A stretch of 24,000 nt of DNA. Source: a bacterium. GTDB taxonomy: Bacteria > Bacteroidota > Bacteroidia > Bacteroidales > Bacteroidaceae. Each line of letters opens with the position of its first letter. Positions within the stretch are counted from its first letter, which is position 1. Shown one piece after another: positions 6,836 through 18,651 of the stretch. The notes under the pieces were generated by a model that was given only the letters and a program-made list of their open reading frames with translations, ran no database searches and was not told the DNA's origin. The stretch lies in assembly GCA_963656685.1 (NCBI GenBank), contig CAVKJJ010000005.1, positions 13,461 to 37,460 on the forward strand, written 5' to 3'. The position numbers were made by a program, and so were the translations under genes.

Positions 6836-7408
6836 TCATTGTTTCTTTACGCTCCAACCGAATTTGCCTATCAGCTCTCCAAGTCCGTAGTATCCACCAT
6901 GTAAGTAGACTAACGGATTGCTTGCCTCTAGATGCCATTTTCCTTCGTTGTCAAGGTAACGCTCGTCGGCCTGTACGTTTACAACTTCAGCAATAAACAT
7001 GTCGTGCGAACCGAGGTGAACAATCTCCTTGACCTTGCACTCAATGCTCAAAGGCGACTCCATGATGATTGGTGCTTTGACACAAGAAGCTTTTCCTATG
7101 GTAAGCCCCATTTCTTCAAACTTGTTGTAATCGCGCCCTGAGCGTACACCGCACCAATCTGTAGCTCGTGCTAGTTCCTCTGTCGTGAGATTTAACACAA
7201 ACTCCATGTTGCGGCAGATAACATCGTAAGAATGACGTTCGGGACGTACTGAAATGTAGCACATAGCGGGGTTAGTACATACAGTCCCGCTCCACGCCAC
7301 GGTGAACACGTTATACTCTTCGGGAGTTGCTCCGCACGAAACGAGCAATGCCGGGAGAGGATATATCATCGTACCGGGCTTCCAGTCCATCTTACCTGTT
7401 GCTGCCAT
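6836..7408 (-). CDS. Flavin reductase-like (FMN-binding split-barrel) family protein
   Basis: 190-aa sequence typical of the flavin reductase-like domain (YPLPALLVSCG...NVFTVAWSGTVCTNP...). It starts 23 nt downstream of the pyrI stop, so it may be co-transcribed with pyrBI. Confidence 0.8.
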   Translation of the reverse strand: MAATGKMDWKPGTMIYPLPALLVSCGATPEEYNVFTVAWSGTVCTNPAMCYISVRPERHSYDVICRNMEFVLNLTTEELARATDWCGVRSGRDYNKFEEMGLTIGKASCVKAPIIMESPLSIECKVKEIVHLGSHDMFIAEVVNVQADERYLDNEGKWHLEASNPLVYLHGGYYGLGELIGKFGWSVKKQ

Positions 7409-7431
7409 AAAGGTTGAAGTGTTGAGTCTGT

Positions 7432-7890
7432 TTAAATCAATTTGGCTTTATCAAGTTGCTGCTCTTTCTCGCAGTAGTGACATTGAATGAGTCCAAGTTT
7501 GCTGTCTTTCACGCGGAAACGCGTCTGCATCGGCTCGTTGTTGCAGATGCATTTGGGGTTGGCACATTTCACGATATCTACGAGTTCAGCCGGAAGTGTA
7601 ACACACTTCTTCTCAACGACCTCAAAGTCGCGAATGATGCAGAGCGTGACATTGGGAGCTACAACGGAAAGCTTGTTGAGTTCAGCATCGGAGAAGAATT
7701 TATTCTCTATCTTCACGATGCTTTTATTTCCCATCTTCTTGCTCTTGAGGTTGTAACCTATCATCACTTGCGATGACTTCAGTTCCTCAAGATGTAGCAG
7801 GCGTACCACTTGAAAGAGTCTGCTAGAAGGTATGTGGTCGATGACCGTACCATTCTGAATGGCGGCCACCATGAGTTCTTGACGTTTCAT
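7432..7890 (-). CDS. pyrI: Aspartate carbamoyltransferase regulatory subunit
   Basis: Starting from the internal Met ([21 protein letters not shown]...), the protein is 152 aa with the C-terminal Zn site [12 protein letters not shown]...CHYCEKE. The track ORF start at 8046 would overlap pyrB and is rejected. Confidence 0.93.
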   Translation of the reverse strand: MKRQELMVAAIQNGTVIDHIPSSRLFQVVRLLHLEELKSSQVMIGYNLKSKKMGNKSIVKIENKFFSDAELNKLSVVAPNVTLCIIRDFEVVEKKCVTLPAELVDIVKCANPKCICNNEPMQTRFRVKDSKLGLIQCHYCEKEQQLDKAKLI

Positions 7891-7921
7891 GACTATGACG
7901 TTTTTCTTTTGAATGCGGACT

Positions 7922-8854
7922 CTACTGTTTGATTTCATCGAGTGTGATGCCAAGCACGTCACAAATGATGGCCTGACGGGCAAAGAGCCCGTTGTGCGCT
8001 TGCTCGAAGTAATAAGCGTGGGGATTGTTGTCCACATCGTATGCAATTTCGTTCACACGAGGAAGCGGATGAAGAATTTTCATATTGTCGCGCACGTCTG
8101 AAAGCATGGAAGCCTTAAGGATGTAAACATCCTTCACACGTTCATACTCCATAAGATCTGTGAAGCGTTCCTTCTGTACGCGCGTCATATAGAGGATGTC
8201 AGCATCTTTAATGATGTCGGCATTGAAATCCTCGTGCTCAACAAAACGTATATCGTTCTCGCGGCAATAAATCTTATACTCCTCAGGCATTGCGAGTTCT
8301 TTCGGAGCAATGAAATGGAATGTCGGATTGAAATGGCGCATGGCCATAATGAGCGAATGGACGGTGCGCCCATACTTGAGGTCGCCCACAAGATAGATAT
8401 TAAGGTTCTCGAGTGTGCCCTGAGTCTTGTAGATGCTGTAGAGGTCAAGCATTGTTTGCGAGGGGTGCTGATTTGCTCCGTCTCCGGCGTTAACCACGGG
8501 AACGGGAGAAATTTCGCTTGCGTAGCGCGCAGCACCTTCAAGGAAATGACGCATTACTATCACGTCGGCATAGTTGCTGACCATCATTATGGTGTCCTTC
8601 AGGGTTTCGCCCTTGGTGGAACTAGTTACCTTAGGGTCGGTAAATCCGATGACGCGGGCGCCCAAACGGTTGGCGGCCGTTTCAAAGGAAAGACGGGTTC
8701 GCGTGGAAGGCTCGAAGAACAGTGTAGCCACGACCTTGTTGTCAAGAATTTTCCGGTTCGGATTTTTCTCGAACTCCTTTGCCATACTGATTAGATAGAG
8801 AATTTTCTCTTTCGACAAATTGGCAATCGTCACCAAACTATGTTTCTCTGACAT
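7922..8854 (-). CDS. pyrB: Aspartate carbamoyltransferase catalytic subunit
   Basis: Motifs [15 protein letters not shown] and HPLPRVNEI are present. The start is chosen at the ATG at 8854 ([13 protein letters not shown]...) rather than 8896. Confidence 0.95.
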   Translation of the reverse strand: MSEKHSLVTIANLSKEKILYLISMAKEFEKNPNRKILDNKVVATLFFEPSTRTRLSFETAANRLGARVIGFTDPKVTSSTKGETLKDTIMMVSNYADVIVMRHFLEGAARYASEISPVPVVNAGDGANQHPSQTMLDLYSIYKTQGTLENLNIYLVGDLKYGRTVHSLIMAMRHFNPTFHFIAPKELAMPEEYKIYCRENDIRFVEHEDFNADIIKDADILYMTRVQKERFTDLMEYERVKDVYILKASMLSDVRDNMKILHPLPRVNEIAYDVDNNPHAYYFEQAHNGLFARQAIICDVLGITLDEIKQ

Positions 8855-9199
8855 GTTGTGAGTGTAAGATAGTTTTGCACGCAGTTTCAGTCGCATGAAT
8901 CAATGTGCTTGTTTTTATCAAGTGCATGCAGTTTGTCTTAACGTTCGCTATTCTTGGGCAAATAAAAGCGCATGAAAGCTAGACAAACGCAGCAGCGACC
9001 TATTATTATCGGTAAAATTAGGCAGAAAAGGCGAGTTTACAGAAATGCCAAGGAGGCTTTTTTAGTGTACTTCGGAGTTTTGACCGATTTTCGCAGAAAC
9101 GCAGCACTTTTGTCAGAACTATTCGGTAACTTTGCTTTTAAACGTTTTCAGCAATAGACACAAAAAACTTGCCATTCTTTGTTTATCCACGGTTTCAGC

Positions 9200-9841
9200 C
9201 TATTGCGCGTAATCTATCTTTATTACTATCACTTTCACGGCTTGATTTGCCTTTGCGGTGCGCACTTTTGCTACGTGCCAATCGCAAGGGAACATCACGT
9301 TGAACGTTCCTGGAACAGACTCAAAGCGCTCGAGTTTCTGCGCGTCAAAGTTGTAGTGGAGCACATCGGGGGTATATTCGCAATTCGGTTTGGAAGTTTC
9401 ATGATCAAGACGTGCGAAGCCTTCAGTTCCCTTTACGACTATCATGAAGTCTATCTTAGCTCGGTGCGACTCTGAACCTTTGCCGTTTAGCAAATCTTCT
9501 TCGCTGCACCAATTGTCGCCTTCTTCAACGGATGCTGTCAGTCCGCTGTCACCTACGGGAACACGTCCGGGTTTGATGGCAAGCAAATCTGTTTGCTGTA
9601 ACCAGTTGAACACTGCGTCCCACTGCTGAGGATTACGACTATACTGTATGCAGAACTCAGTTTCGTTTACTGTCGAAGCGGGACTTGCCTTGTCAAATCC
9701 TTTACGCCATTCGCCTTTTTTTACCCAATTATGGGCGGCTTTAGAAACGGATTTGGGATATACATTGGTGTAGGTTTGGGCAGAAAGTGCCAATGATGAG
9801 AAAGCGAAAAGCGCAGGAAGGAGGATGGTTCTGGTTTTCAT
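9200..9841 (-). CDS. YhcH/YjgK/YiaL (DUF386, EbgC-like) family protein with signal peptide
   Basis: The start is chosen at MKTRTILLPALFAFSSLALSAQ (signal peptide). The C-terminal half (ESHRAKIDFMIVVKGTEGFA...PGTFNVMFPCDWHVAKV...VKVIVIKIDY) parallels the conserved His/Asp/His core of E. coli YhcH/EbgC, as recalled from memory. Confidence 0.75.
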   Translation of the reverse strand: MKTRTILLPALFAFSSLALSAQTYTNVYPKSVSKAAHNWVKKGEWRKGFDKASPASTVNETEFCIQYSRNPQQWDAVFNWLQQTDLLAIKPGRVPVGDSGLTASVEEGDNWCSEEDLLNGKGSESHRAKIDFMIVVKGTEGFARLDHETSKPNCEYTPDVLHYNFDAQKLERFESVPGTFNVMFPCDWHVAKVRTAKANQAVKVIVIKIDYAQ

Positions 9842-9936
9842 GAATGTATTTATATGAGGCTTATAATATTCTGCTGCATATAGAAAAACGGACATGCTTA
9901 TGAGAGCCGTTGCAGCAGCGATGTTTTATTGCTATG

Positions 9937-9944
9937 CAAATATA
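9937..9944 (-). promoter_or_regulatory. Candidate Bacteroidota -7 box (TATATTTG) for the YhcH-like gene
   Basis: The minus-strand TATATTTG matches TAnnTTTG. It lies 96 nt upstream of the ATG at 9841, directly after the lacZ-like terminator. No convincing -33 TTTG is seen. Confidence 0.3.
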
Positions 9945-9992
9945 GGCAAAAGCAAAAGAAAAGTCCCCCTTCTTTTAACAAGAATGGGGACT
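9945..9992 (-). terminator. Rho-independent terminator of the GH2 beta-galactosidase gene
   Basis: On the minus strand, agtccccattctt-gttaa-aagaagggggact forms a 13-bp stem with one mismatch. TTTCTTTTGCTTTTG follows. Confidence 0.75.
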
Positions 9993-10015
9993 CTACTTTA
10001 TATTCTTAAATGAAC

Positions 10016-13219
<3,204 letters not shown>

Positions 13220-13246
13220 TCAAAACTCACCACTAGGCGAAGCCTT

Positions 13247-15235
13247 TTATTTCATGTTGAGTTTCTTCATCTGTGCATAGGCCTTGTAGAGCCCAAGCTG
13301 TCCAGCTTTGCTAAAATCTTCCGCAGCCTTTTTCGTCTCGCCGTCTGCACTAAGGAGTATGGCACGATTGTAGAAAGCTTCCGCAAAACGTGCATCAAGT
13401 TTGAGTACATCTCCAAAGGCTTCTATTGCAGCTTTGACATTGCCCACTTGAGCCAACAGGCATGCTTGGTTATACACGACAACTGCACTTTGGGGGGAGC
13501 GAGCCTTAGCTCGATCTAAGAAAGACTGAGCTAAATGTAAATTTGACTGTGCTTCAGAGGATGAAACAGTGCCTGATGCAGCCGAACGTGAAAGCACAAA
13601 TGCACATTGGAGCAAAGCCAAGACTGAAGTACTGTCTGTGCGAAGGGCTTCTTGCGCATCATTGAGTGCAGAAGTATAATTGTAACGTTCGACGGCTATG
13701 GCGGAACTTACCACAAGTTGGTTGCTAGCATTTAATGTAGAGGAAACCCTCTCCACTTGGCGCCAATCAGATTCACTGACATCGTCAACCGGAGTTTCAG
13801 ACTCTGCAGTCAGACAGAACTGGCGAAGCGGAGTATTGAGACAAGCGAAAGGCGCCATTTCTGCCATGAAAGCCACAGAATGGTATCCTCTGGTATAAAC
13901 GGGACGAAATGCCACATGGAACATGGGGAGAAGTTCATTGCTAACTTTTTCGTTCTGCACTTTTCCCAACATGGTTCCAAACACGTTACGCACGGTATCG
14001 GGGTCTTCTTCTATTAGCTGCTGATATTGTTCAAGGGCATGCTCGGAACGAAGACGCACCTTTTTCATTTTTGTGCGTGGAGCTCGTGCAAAAGCGATGT
14101 CAAGGTCGCGACGCGCTACGTAGGTTTCATCAGCCACGGCGCCCTTTTTGTCTCCTACTTTTCTGCGACAGGATGCTCGCTGTAAATATCCGTAAGTAAA
14201 GTTTGGATAGGCTTTAATAAGTTGCGAATAGTCGGCAATGGCGCCGCGATAATTGCCTACTTTTTCGCGCAATTGGGCGCGATTGAAGAGTGCTAATGTA
14301 TTGTCGGGTTCTACTTGCAAAACAAAATCGAAATCGAGGATTGCTTTGTTCAAATCGCCGACAAAGCTTCGCAAAAGTCCACGATTGTAATGAGCTACAA
14401 AATGTTGAGGAACTAATTCTATTGCTTTGTCGTAATCAGCTATGGCGAGTCCGAATTTATTAAGTGCATGACGTGCTTGCGCTCGTGCCACATAAGCTTC
14501 AAAGTCGTTGCTTTGATATTTCAAAGCTTGCGTAAGACAAGAGTCAGCCAATGCATAGTCGGACTTTTGAAGAGCATAGCGTCCCTTGAAACTCCAGGCT
14601 TGGGGTTCTTTAGGAGATAAGCTAAGCAAATGGTCTATCCATTTCAAACCTTCCAGTGTGTCTTTTTGCTCAAAGGCACTTTGCGCTTTGACCAAATAGG
14701 TTCTGCTGTAGGTGGGCCAATGACGCACAATATACGTCAAGTCAGAATCGGCTTGCGCATAGTTTTTTTGTTGTAGATAACAGAGCGCACGATTATATCG
14801 TGCCCCTTGGTCATCAGGAGTTTCGCGGAGTACACGCGAATAATCTGCGATAGAACCATCGTAATCGTCCAAATGAATACGGCACAATCCTCGCAACTGG
14901 TAGACCTCGCTAATGTAAGGGTTTAAAGAGATACTTTGCGAGCAGTCGGCTTCGGCTCCCACATAATCCTCCAAAGTAAATTTGGCATATGCCCTGTAAT
15001 AATAGGGACGGGAAAGGAACGGTTTAGCTTCTATGGCCTGGTTGAAATATTTGACAGCAGTGAGATAGTCATCTACACTAAGCGCATTGCGCCCCATTAT
15101 AGTTGCGACTTCAGCATCCACTTGCGCTGAAGCGTTCTGTACGAAACAGGAAACGAGCCACATGACAAGCACGCAACAACGCATCGCGCTTTTCAAAACG
15201 CGATGCTGCTGATAGTATAAGAGCGTGCAGAACAT
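13247..15235 (-). CDS. Tetratricopeptide-repeat (TPR) protein, probably exported
   Basis: 662 aa with many 34-aa TPR-like units (for example YLTAVKYFNQAIEAKP, ADYSRVLRETPDD, ADYDKAIELVPQH). The start is ambiguous. The Met at 15184 (MRCCVLVMWLVSCFVQNASAQ) would give a clean signal peptide. Confidence 0.8.
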   Translation of the reverse strand: MFCTLLYYQQHRVLKSAMRCCVLVMWLVSCFVQNASAQVDAEVATIMGRNALSVDDYLTAVKYFNQAIEAKPFLSRPYYYRAYAKFTLEDYVGAEADCSQSISLNPYISEVYQLRGLCRIHLDDYDGSIADYSRVLRETPDDQGARYNRALCYLQQKNYAQADSDLTYIVRHWPTYSRTYLVKAQSAFEQKDTLEGLKWIDHLLSLSPKEPQAWSFKGRYALQKSDYALADSCLTQALKYQSNDFEAYVARAQARHALNKFGLAIADYDKAIELVPQHFVAHYNRGLLRSFVGDLNKAILDFDFVLQVEPDNTLALFNRAQLREKVGNYRGAIADYSQLIKAYPNFTYGYLQRASCRRKVGDKKGAVADETYVARRDLDIAFARAPRTKMKKVRLRSEHALEQYQQLIEEDPDTVRNVFGTMLGKVQNEKVSNELLPMFHVAFRPVYTRGYHSVAFMAEMAPFACLNTPLRQFCLTAESETPVDDVSESDWRQVERVSSTLNASNQLVVSSAIAVERYNYTSALNDAQEALRTDSTSVLALLQCAFVLSRSAASGTVSSSEAQSNLHLAQSFLDRAKARSPQSAVVVYNQACLLAQVGNVKAAIEAFGDVLKLDARFAEAFYNRAILLSADGETKKAAEDFSKAGQLGLYKAYAQMKKLNMK

Positions 15236-15382
15236 GTTATTTTCTACTTATTATGGACTATTCTTACCAAAGGATGTATACTACGCACTTTGGCATTCAG
15301 CGCATGTCGCTATTAAAGAGGAAGATCAAGCAACCAGATTCAAAGCTCTGTAATCTAACGACTTCACAAGTGTAACAAAATA

Positions 15383-15940
15383 CTATTTCGGTGATTTAAC
15401 CTTATAGCCGCAGTTGAACTTTCCCTTAAGAAGGGTATTGAGTTTGCTACGCACCATCTGTTTGCGCAACGGAGAAATGCGGTCAATGAACATATGTCCG
15501 TCAAGGTGATCAAACTCGTGCTGCATAACACGTGCTAGATAACCATCTACCCATTCATCGTGTTCATTGAAATCTTGATCCATATAGGTCACATGAATAC
15601 GCTTGGGACGACGCACCGGTTCACGAATACCCGGAAGACTCAAGCAACCCTCGTCAAGAAGTTCTGTTTCGCTATCGTCAAACTCTACAATATGAGGGTT
15701 GATATAGGCTTCGTTGAAATCGGCATATTCGGGAAATTCGTCCTTAAGACAATCGAGAGTGATGACTACCACACGAATAGCCTTACCTATTTGGGGGGCA
15801 GCGAGACCCACTCCATCACTGTGATACATAGTCTCGAACATATCCTCAATGAGGGTCTTTAGTTCGGGATAGTCGGGGGTTATGTCTTCTGCTTCCTTAC
15901 GGAGCACAGGCATTCCGTAAGTGTAAATGGGGAGAATCAT
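15383..15940 (-). CDS. def: Peptide deformylase
   Basis: All three signature motifs are present: GVGLAAPQIG, EGCLS and HEFDHLDG. Confidence 0.95.
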   Translation of the reverse strand: MILPIYTYGMPVLRKEAEDITPDYPELKTLIEDMFETMYHSDGVGLAAPQIGKAIRVVVITLDCLKDEFPEYADFNEAYINPHIVEFDDSETELLDEGCLSLPGIREPVRRPKRIHVTYMDQDFNEHDEWVDGYLARVMQHEFDHLDGHMFIDRISPLRKQMVRSKLNTLLKGKFNCGYKVKSPK

Positions 15941-16067
15941 ATATTATTGTGTTTATTTAATGTTCTGGTGTTATTTCGTTGACTTCTTGTTCCTTGCACA
16001 CTTATTATTTACTACTGCACAAGCATGAATATCTTTTTGGGGCATAAGCCTAAAATCCCCCAACAAC

Positions 16068-16484
16068 TCACTTTTTGCTTTCCATCCAACTTTGAAGGAT
16101 GATGCAGGCACTTATTTCATCCACAAGTCCCTTGTCCTGTTGACGCCGCTTTTTCCCTATCCCTGAATTGAGGATGGCTTGATGCGCTAACACCGAAGTG
16201 AAACGCTCGTCGTAAAGTTCTATGGGAATATTGGGAAATCGGTTCTTGAATTTCTCCAGGAAAACAAGAACACGCTGTTGGTTCTCAGATGGTTGACCAT
16301 TAGGCTGGATAGGCAATCCGAGCACCACGCGTTCCACGTCCTCACGAGAAAAATAATCAGCAAGATAACTGACCAACGTAGGCGTTTCAACAGTAGCCAA
16401 CCCGTTGGCTATAATCTGCGCAGTGTCGGTCACGGCTATACCAGTACGCTTTTTACCATAGTCTATTGAAAGTATTCGGGACAT
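16068..16484 (-). CDS. ruvX: Holliday-junction resolvase-like / pre-16S rRNA nuclease (YqgF family)
   Basis: 138 aa with the N-terminus ILSIDYGKKRTGIAVTD and overall YqgF-family length and pattern. Confidence 0.92.
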   Translation of the reverse strand: MSRILSIDYGKKRTGIAVTDTAQIIANGLATVETPTLVSYLADYFSREDVERVVLGLPIQPNGQPSENQQRVLVFLEKFKNRFPNIPIELYDERFTSVLAHQAILNSGIGKKRRQQDKGLVDEISACIILQSWMESKK

Positions 16485-16554
16485 AAGGCATTATGGAAGT
16501 GCTTTACGCTGCAAACTTCAGCAGCTTAGACTTAAAGGAAAAGATCTTTTTGTG

Positions 16555-16610
16555 AAAAAGGCACGACAAACGTTTGCCGTGGAAATGACAATAATTTGCC
16601 GTGCCTTTTG
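16555..16610 (-). terminator. Terminator-like hairpin downstream of serS
   Basis: aaaaaggcacg (16555-16565) pairs with cgtgccttttt-type sequence (16600-16609), extended by caaa/tttg (about 14 bp, one mismatch). The A-tract on one side and T-tract on the other suggest a bidirectional type. tttgccgtg occurs twice (16573 and 16595), so a smaller alternative hairpin is possible. Confidence 0.6.
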
Positions 16611-16632
16611 TGTGTGTGCAAGCAGAGAAAGT

Positions 16633-17907
16633 TTACTTTATCATATCGCAACCCATGTAAGGCTGAAGTGCCTTGGGGATACGTATACCTTCTGGTGTTT
16701 GGAAGTCTTCAAGAAGCGCTGCTACGATGCGCGGAAGAGCGAGGGCTGAACCATTCAGCGTGTGGCAAAGCTGAATTTTCTTGTCAGCACCACGATAACG
16801 GCACTGCAGACGATTTGCCTGGTAGGTATCGAAGTTTGATACAGAACTTACTTCGAGCCAGCGCTTTTGTGCTTCGCTATAAACTTCAAAGTCGTAGCAT
16901 ACAGCTGCTGTAAAACTGATATCACCACCGCAAAGACGGAGAATGCGGTAAGGAAGTTCGAGCTTTTTCAACAAACCTTCCACATGATCCAACATCTCCT
17001 GATGGGATTCAGCGGAATGTTCGGGTTTATCAATACGAACAATCTCTATTTTGGAGAATTCGTGCAGACGATTCAGTCCACGTACGTCTTTTCCGTAGCT
17101 TCCTGCTTCGCGGCGGAAGCACTGCGTGTAGGCACAGTTCTTTACCGGCAATTGATCCTCAGAAAGAATCACATCGCGGTAGATATTCGTCACAGGCACC
17201 TCTGCTGTAGGAATAAGATAGAGATCATCTTCGTTGCAGTGATACATCTGCCCCTCTTTGTCGGGAAGCTGACCGGTGCCATAGCCAGACGCTTGGTTTA
17301 CAACGGTCGGAGGCATAATTTCCGTATAACCTGCTGCACGAGCTTCATCAAGGAAGAAATTGATGAGTGCGCGTTGCAAGCGTGCACCTTGTCCTATATA
17401 TACAGGAAAACCAGCGCCTGTTATCTTCACGCCAAGATCGAAATCAATAAGGTTGTACTTCTTTGCAAGTTCCCAATGGGGAAGCGGATTTTCAGGAAGT
17501 ACCGTATCATGGCCACCTGTTTTTACCACGAGGTTATCCTCTGCACCGTTTCCTTCGGGAACGATATCATAAGGTACATTGGGTATCGTATAAAGCACCT
17601 GCTTCTTATCTTCTTCAGCCTGCTTCATAACATCCTCAAGTTCCTTACTCTTGGCTTTGATGTCAGAAACCTTCTGCTTGGCGGCCTCGGCTTCATCTTT
17701 CTTGCCTTCTTTCATAAGACCACCGATGCTCTTCGAAAGGGTCTTTACTTGATTGTTAAGGGAGTCAAGTTCTGCTTGGGCTTCCTTACGCTTGTTATCT
17801 AATGCTAGCACGCGGTCAATAGCTTCGCGCGCACCGCTGAAGTGCTTCTTTTCGAGACCGCGAATGACGGCCTCCTTGTCTTCGAGGATTTGTTTGATAG
17901 TCAGCAT
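16633..17907 (-). CDS. serS: Seryl-tRNA synthetase
   Basis: 424 aa with an N-terminal coiled-coil arm and a class II core (for example FRREAGSYGKDVRGLNRLHEF and GSALALPRIVAALLE). Confidence 0.97.
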   Translation of the reverse strand: MLTIKQILEDKEAVIRGLEKKHFSGAREAIDRVLALDNKRKEAQAELDSLNNQVKTLSKSIGGLMKEGKKDEAEAAKQKVSDIKAKSKELEDVMKQAEEDKKQVLYTIPNVPYDIVPEGNGAEDNLVVKTGGHDTVLPENPLPHWELAKKYNLIDFDLGVKITGAGFPVYIGQGARLQRALINFFLDEARAAGYTEIMPPTVVNQASGYGTGQLPDKEGQMYHCNEDDLYLIPTAEVPVTNIYRDVILSEDQLPVKNCAYTQCFRREAGSYGKDVRGLNRLHEFSKIEIVRIDKPEHSAESHQEMLDHVEGLLKKLELPYRILRLCGGDISFTAAVCYDFEVYSEAQKRWLEVSSVSNFDTYQANRLQCRYRGADKKIQLCHTLNGSALALPRIVAALLEDFQTPEGIRIPKALQPYMGCDMIK

Positions 17908-17935
17908 TGCTCTTACTATTTTGAATTATTGAGAG

Positions 17936-17943
17936 CAAAAGTA
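17936..17943 (-). promoter_or_regulatory. Candidate -7 box (TACTTTTG) for serS
   Basis: The minus-strand TACTTTTG matches TAnnTTTG, 29 nt upstream of the serS ATG. It is the same octamer as upstream of the GH2 gene. Confidence 0.4.
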
Positions 17944-18281
17944 CTCAATTTTTCGGAATTTGTCCATTCACACCCAAAACTTTTGACGACACGAACTATT
18001 TTGCCGTTCCTCTATGCCACACACTATACGCATCAACGCTAACAACATAGCGTTTGAGTTAACCATAAAAGCAAAATAATGTAAACCGCTGACCATCCTT
18101 CACGCCTCGAGAATCGCACAAAACCATCCGACCATGCATGCGCTTGAAAATAAACGCACCACGCAACATCTGAGGATATAGTATTCGAGCACAACATATA
18201 GTATCTTAGCTTTTATACAGCAAGCAGCATAACATCAAGCCTATATCTGGTATTTCCTCACCCTTTTATTGCTAGAAGAAC

Positions 18282-18351
18282 AAGGCATCTAGAAAAAACT
18301 CCAAGGCATGCCGTAAAAAATCCAAGCCTTGGAATTTTTACAAGATGCCTT
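18282..18351. repeat. 21-bp phased A-tract/AAGGCAT units ending in a 49-nt imperfect palindrome
   Basis: AAGGCAT at 18282 and 18303 and AAGCCTT at 18324 give an exact 21-nt spacing. An inverted ATGCCTT lies at 18345. 18303-18326 pairs with 18328-18351 around C18327 as 6 bp, a mismatch, 7 bp, a 3-nt internal loop and 7 bp. Confidence 0.7.
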
Positions 18352-18588
18352 CTCGTGAATAATTGCTACCCTTTCCGCTATTTTTCAAATTCTATTTCGC
18401 AGACTTTCAAGCCTCGTTTTTCATTTACATCTATTCACGTTGCAAATAAATCTTACGCTCACTTATTCACATTTATTACAAACCAAATCGACTTATAGAT
18501 TAAAACCCCAAAAACAGAACCAAGGCCATTCAAACACCAAGTTGGACAAAAACTTTGCGAATCGTTTCAATTTTCGTGCTTCAAACAC

Positions 18589-18596
18589 TATCTTTG
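18589..18596 (+). promoter_or_regulatory. Candidate -7 box (TATCTTTG) for the TPM-domain gene
   Basis: It matches TAnnTTTG, 56 nt upstream of the ATG at 18652. The nearest upstream TTTG (18554) is about 31 nt away, which is longer than typical spacing. Confidence 0.35.
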
Positions 18597-18651
18597 CAAG
18601 TGAAATAAAAGGATATATCCCCTTGGACATACGTCTGAAAAGCAAAACCAT

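Noticed and set aside
7891-8046. N-terminal extension of the pyrI ORF (track start at 8046)
   Set aside because: The extension overlaps the pyrB 3' end in another frame and has no PyrI-like sequence. The internal Met at 7890 gives a canonical 152-aa PyrI.
8185-8798. ORFs at 8185-8541 (minus), 8234-8794 (+) and 8574-8798 (+)
   Set aside because: They are alternative-frame or antisense ORFs within pyrB, which is strongly supported by its STRTR, HPSQ and HPLPR motifs.
8972-9157. 61-aa basic ORF in the pyrB / YhcH-like intergenic gap
   Set aside because: It has no recognisable features and its composition resembles AT-rich non-coding translation. A TAGTTTTG on the + strand at 8870-8877 could point towards it, but that alone is insufficient.
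9183-9191. Near-consensus DnaA box (ttatccacg versus TTATCCACA)
   Set aside because: It is a single isolated 8-of-9 match. There is no cluster of boxes, AT-rich unwinding element or dnaA/dnaN context, so it is probably chance.
16867-17802. 311-aa ORF on the + strand
   Set aside because: It lies entirely antisense to the well-supported serS gene. It is Cys, Phe and Ile rich with low-complexity composition and no recognisable motif, which is a typical shadow ORF.
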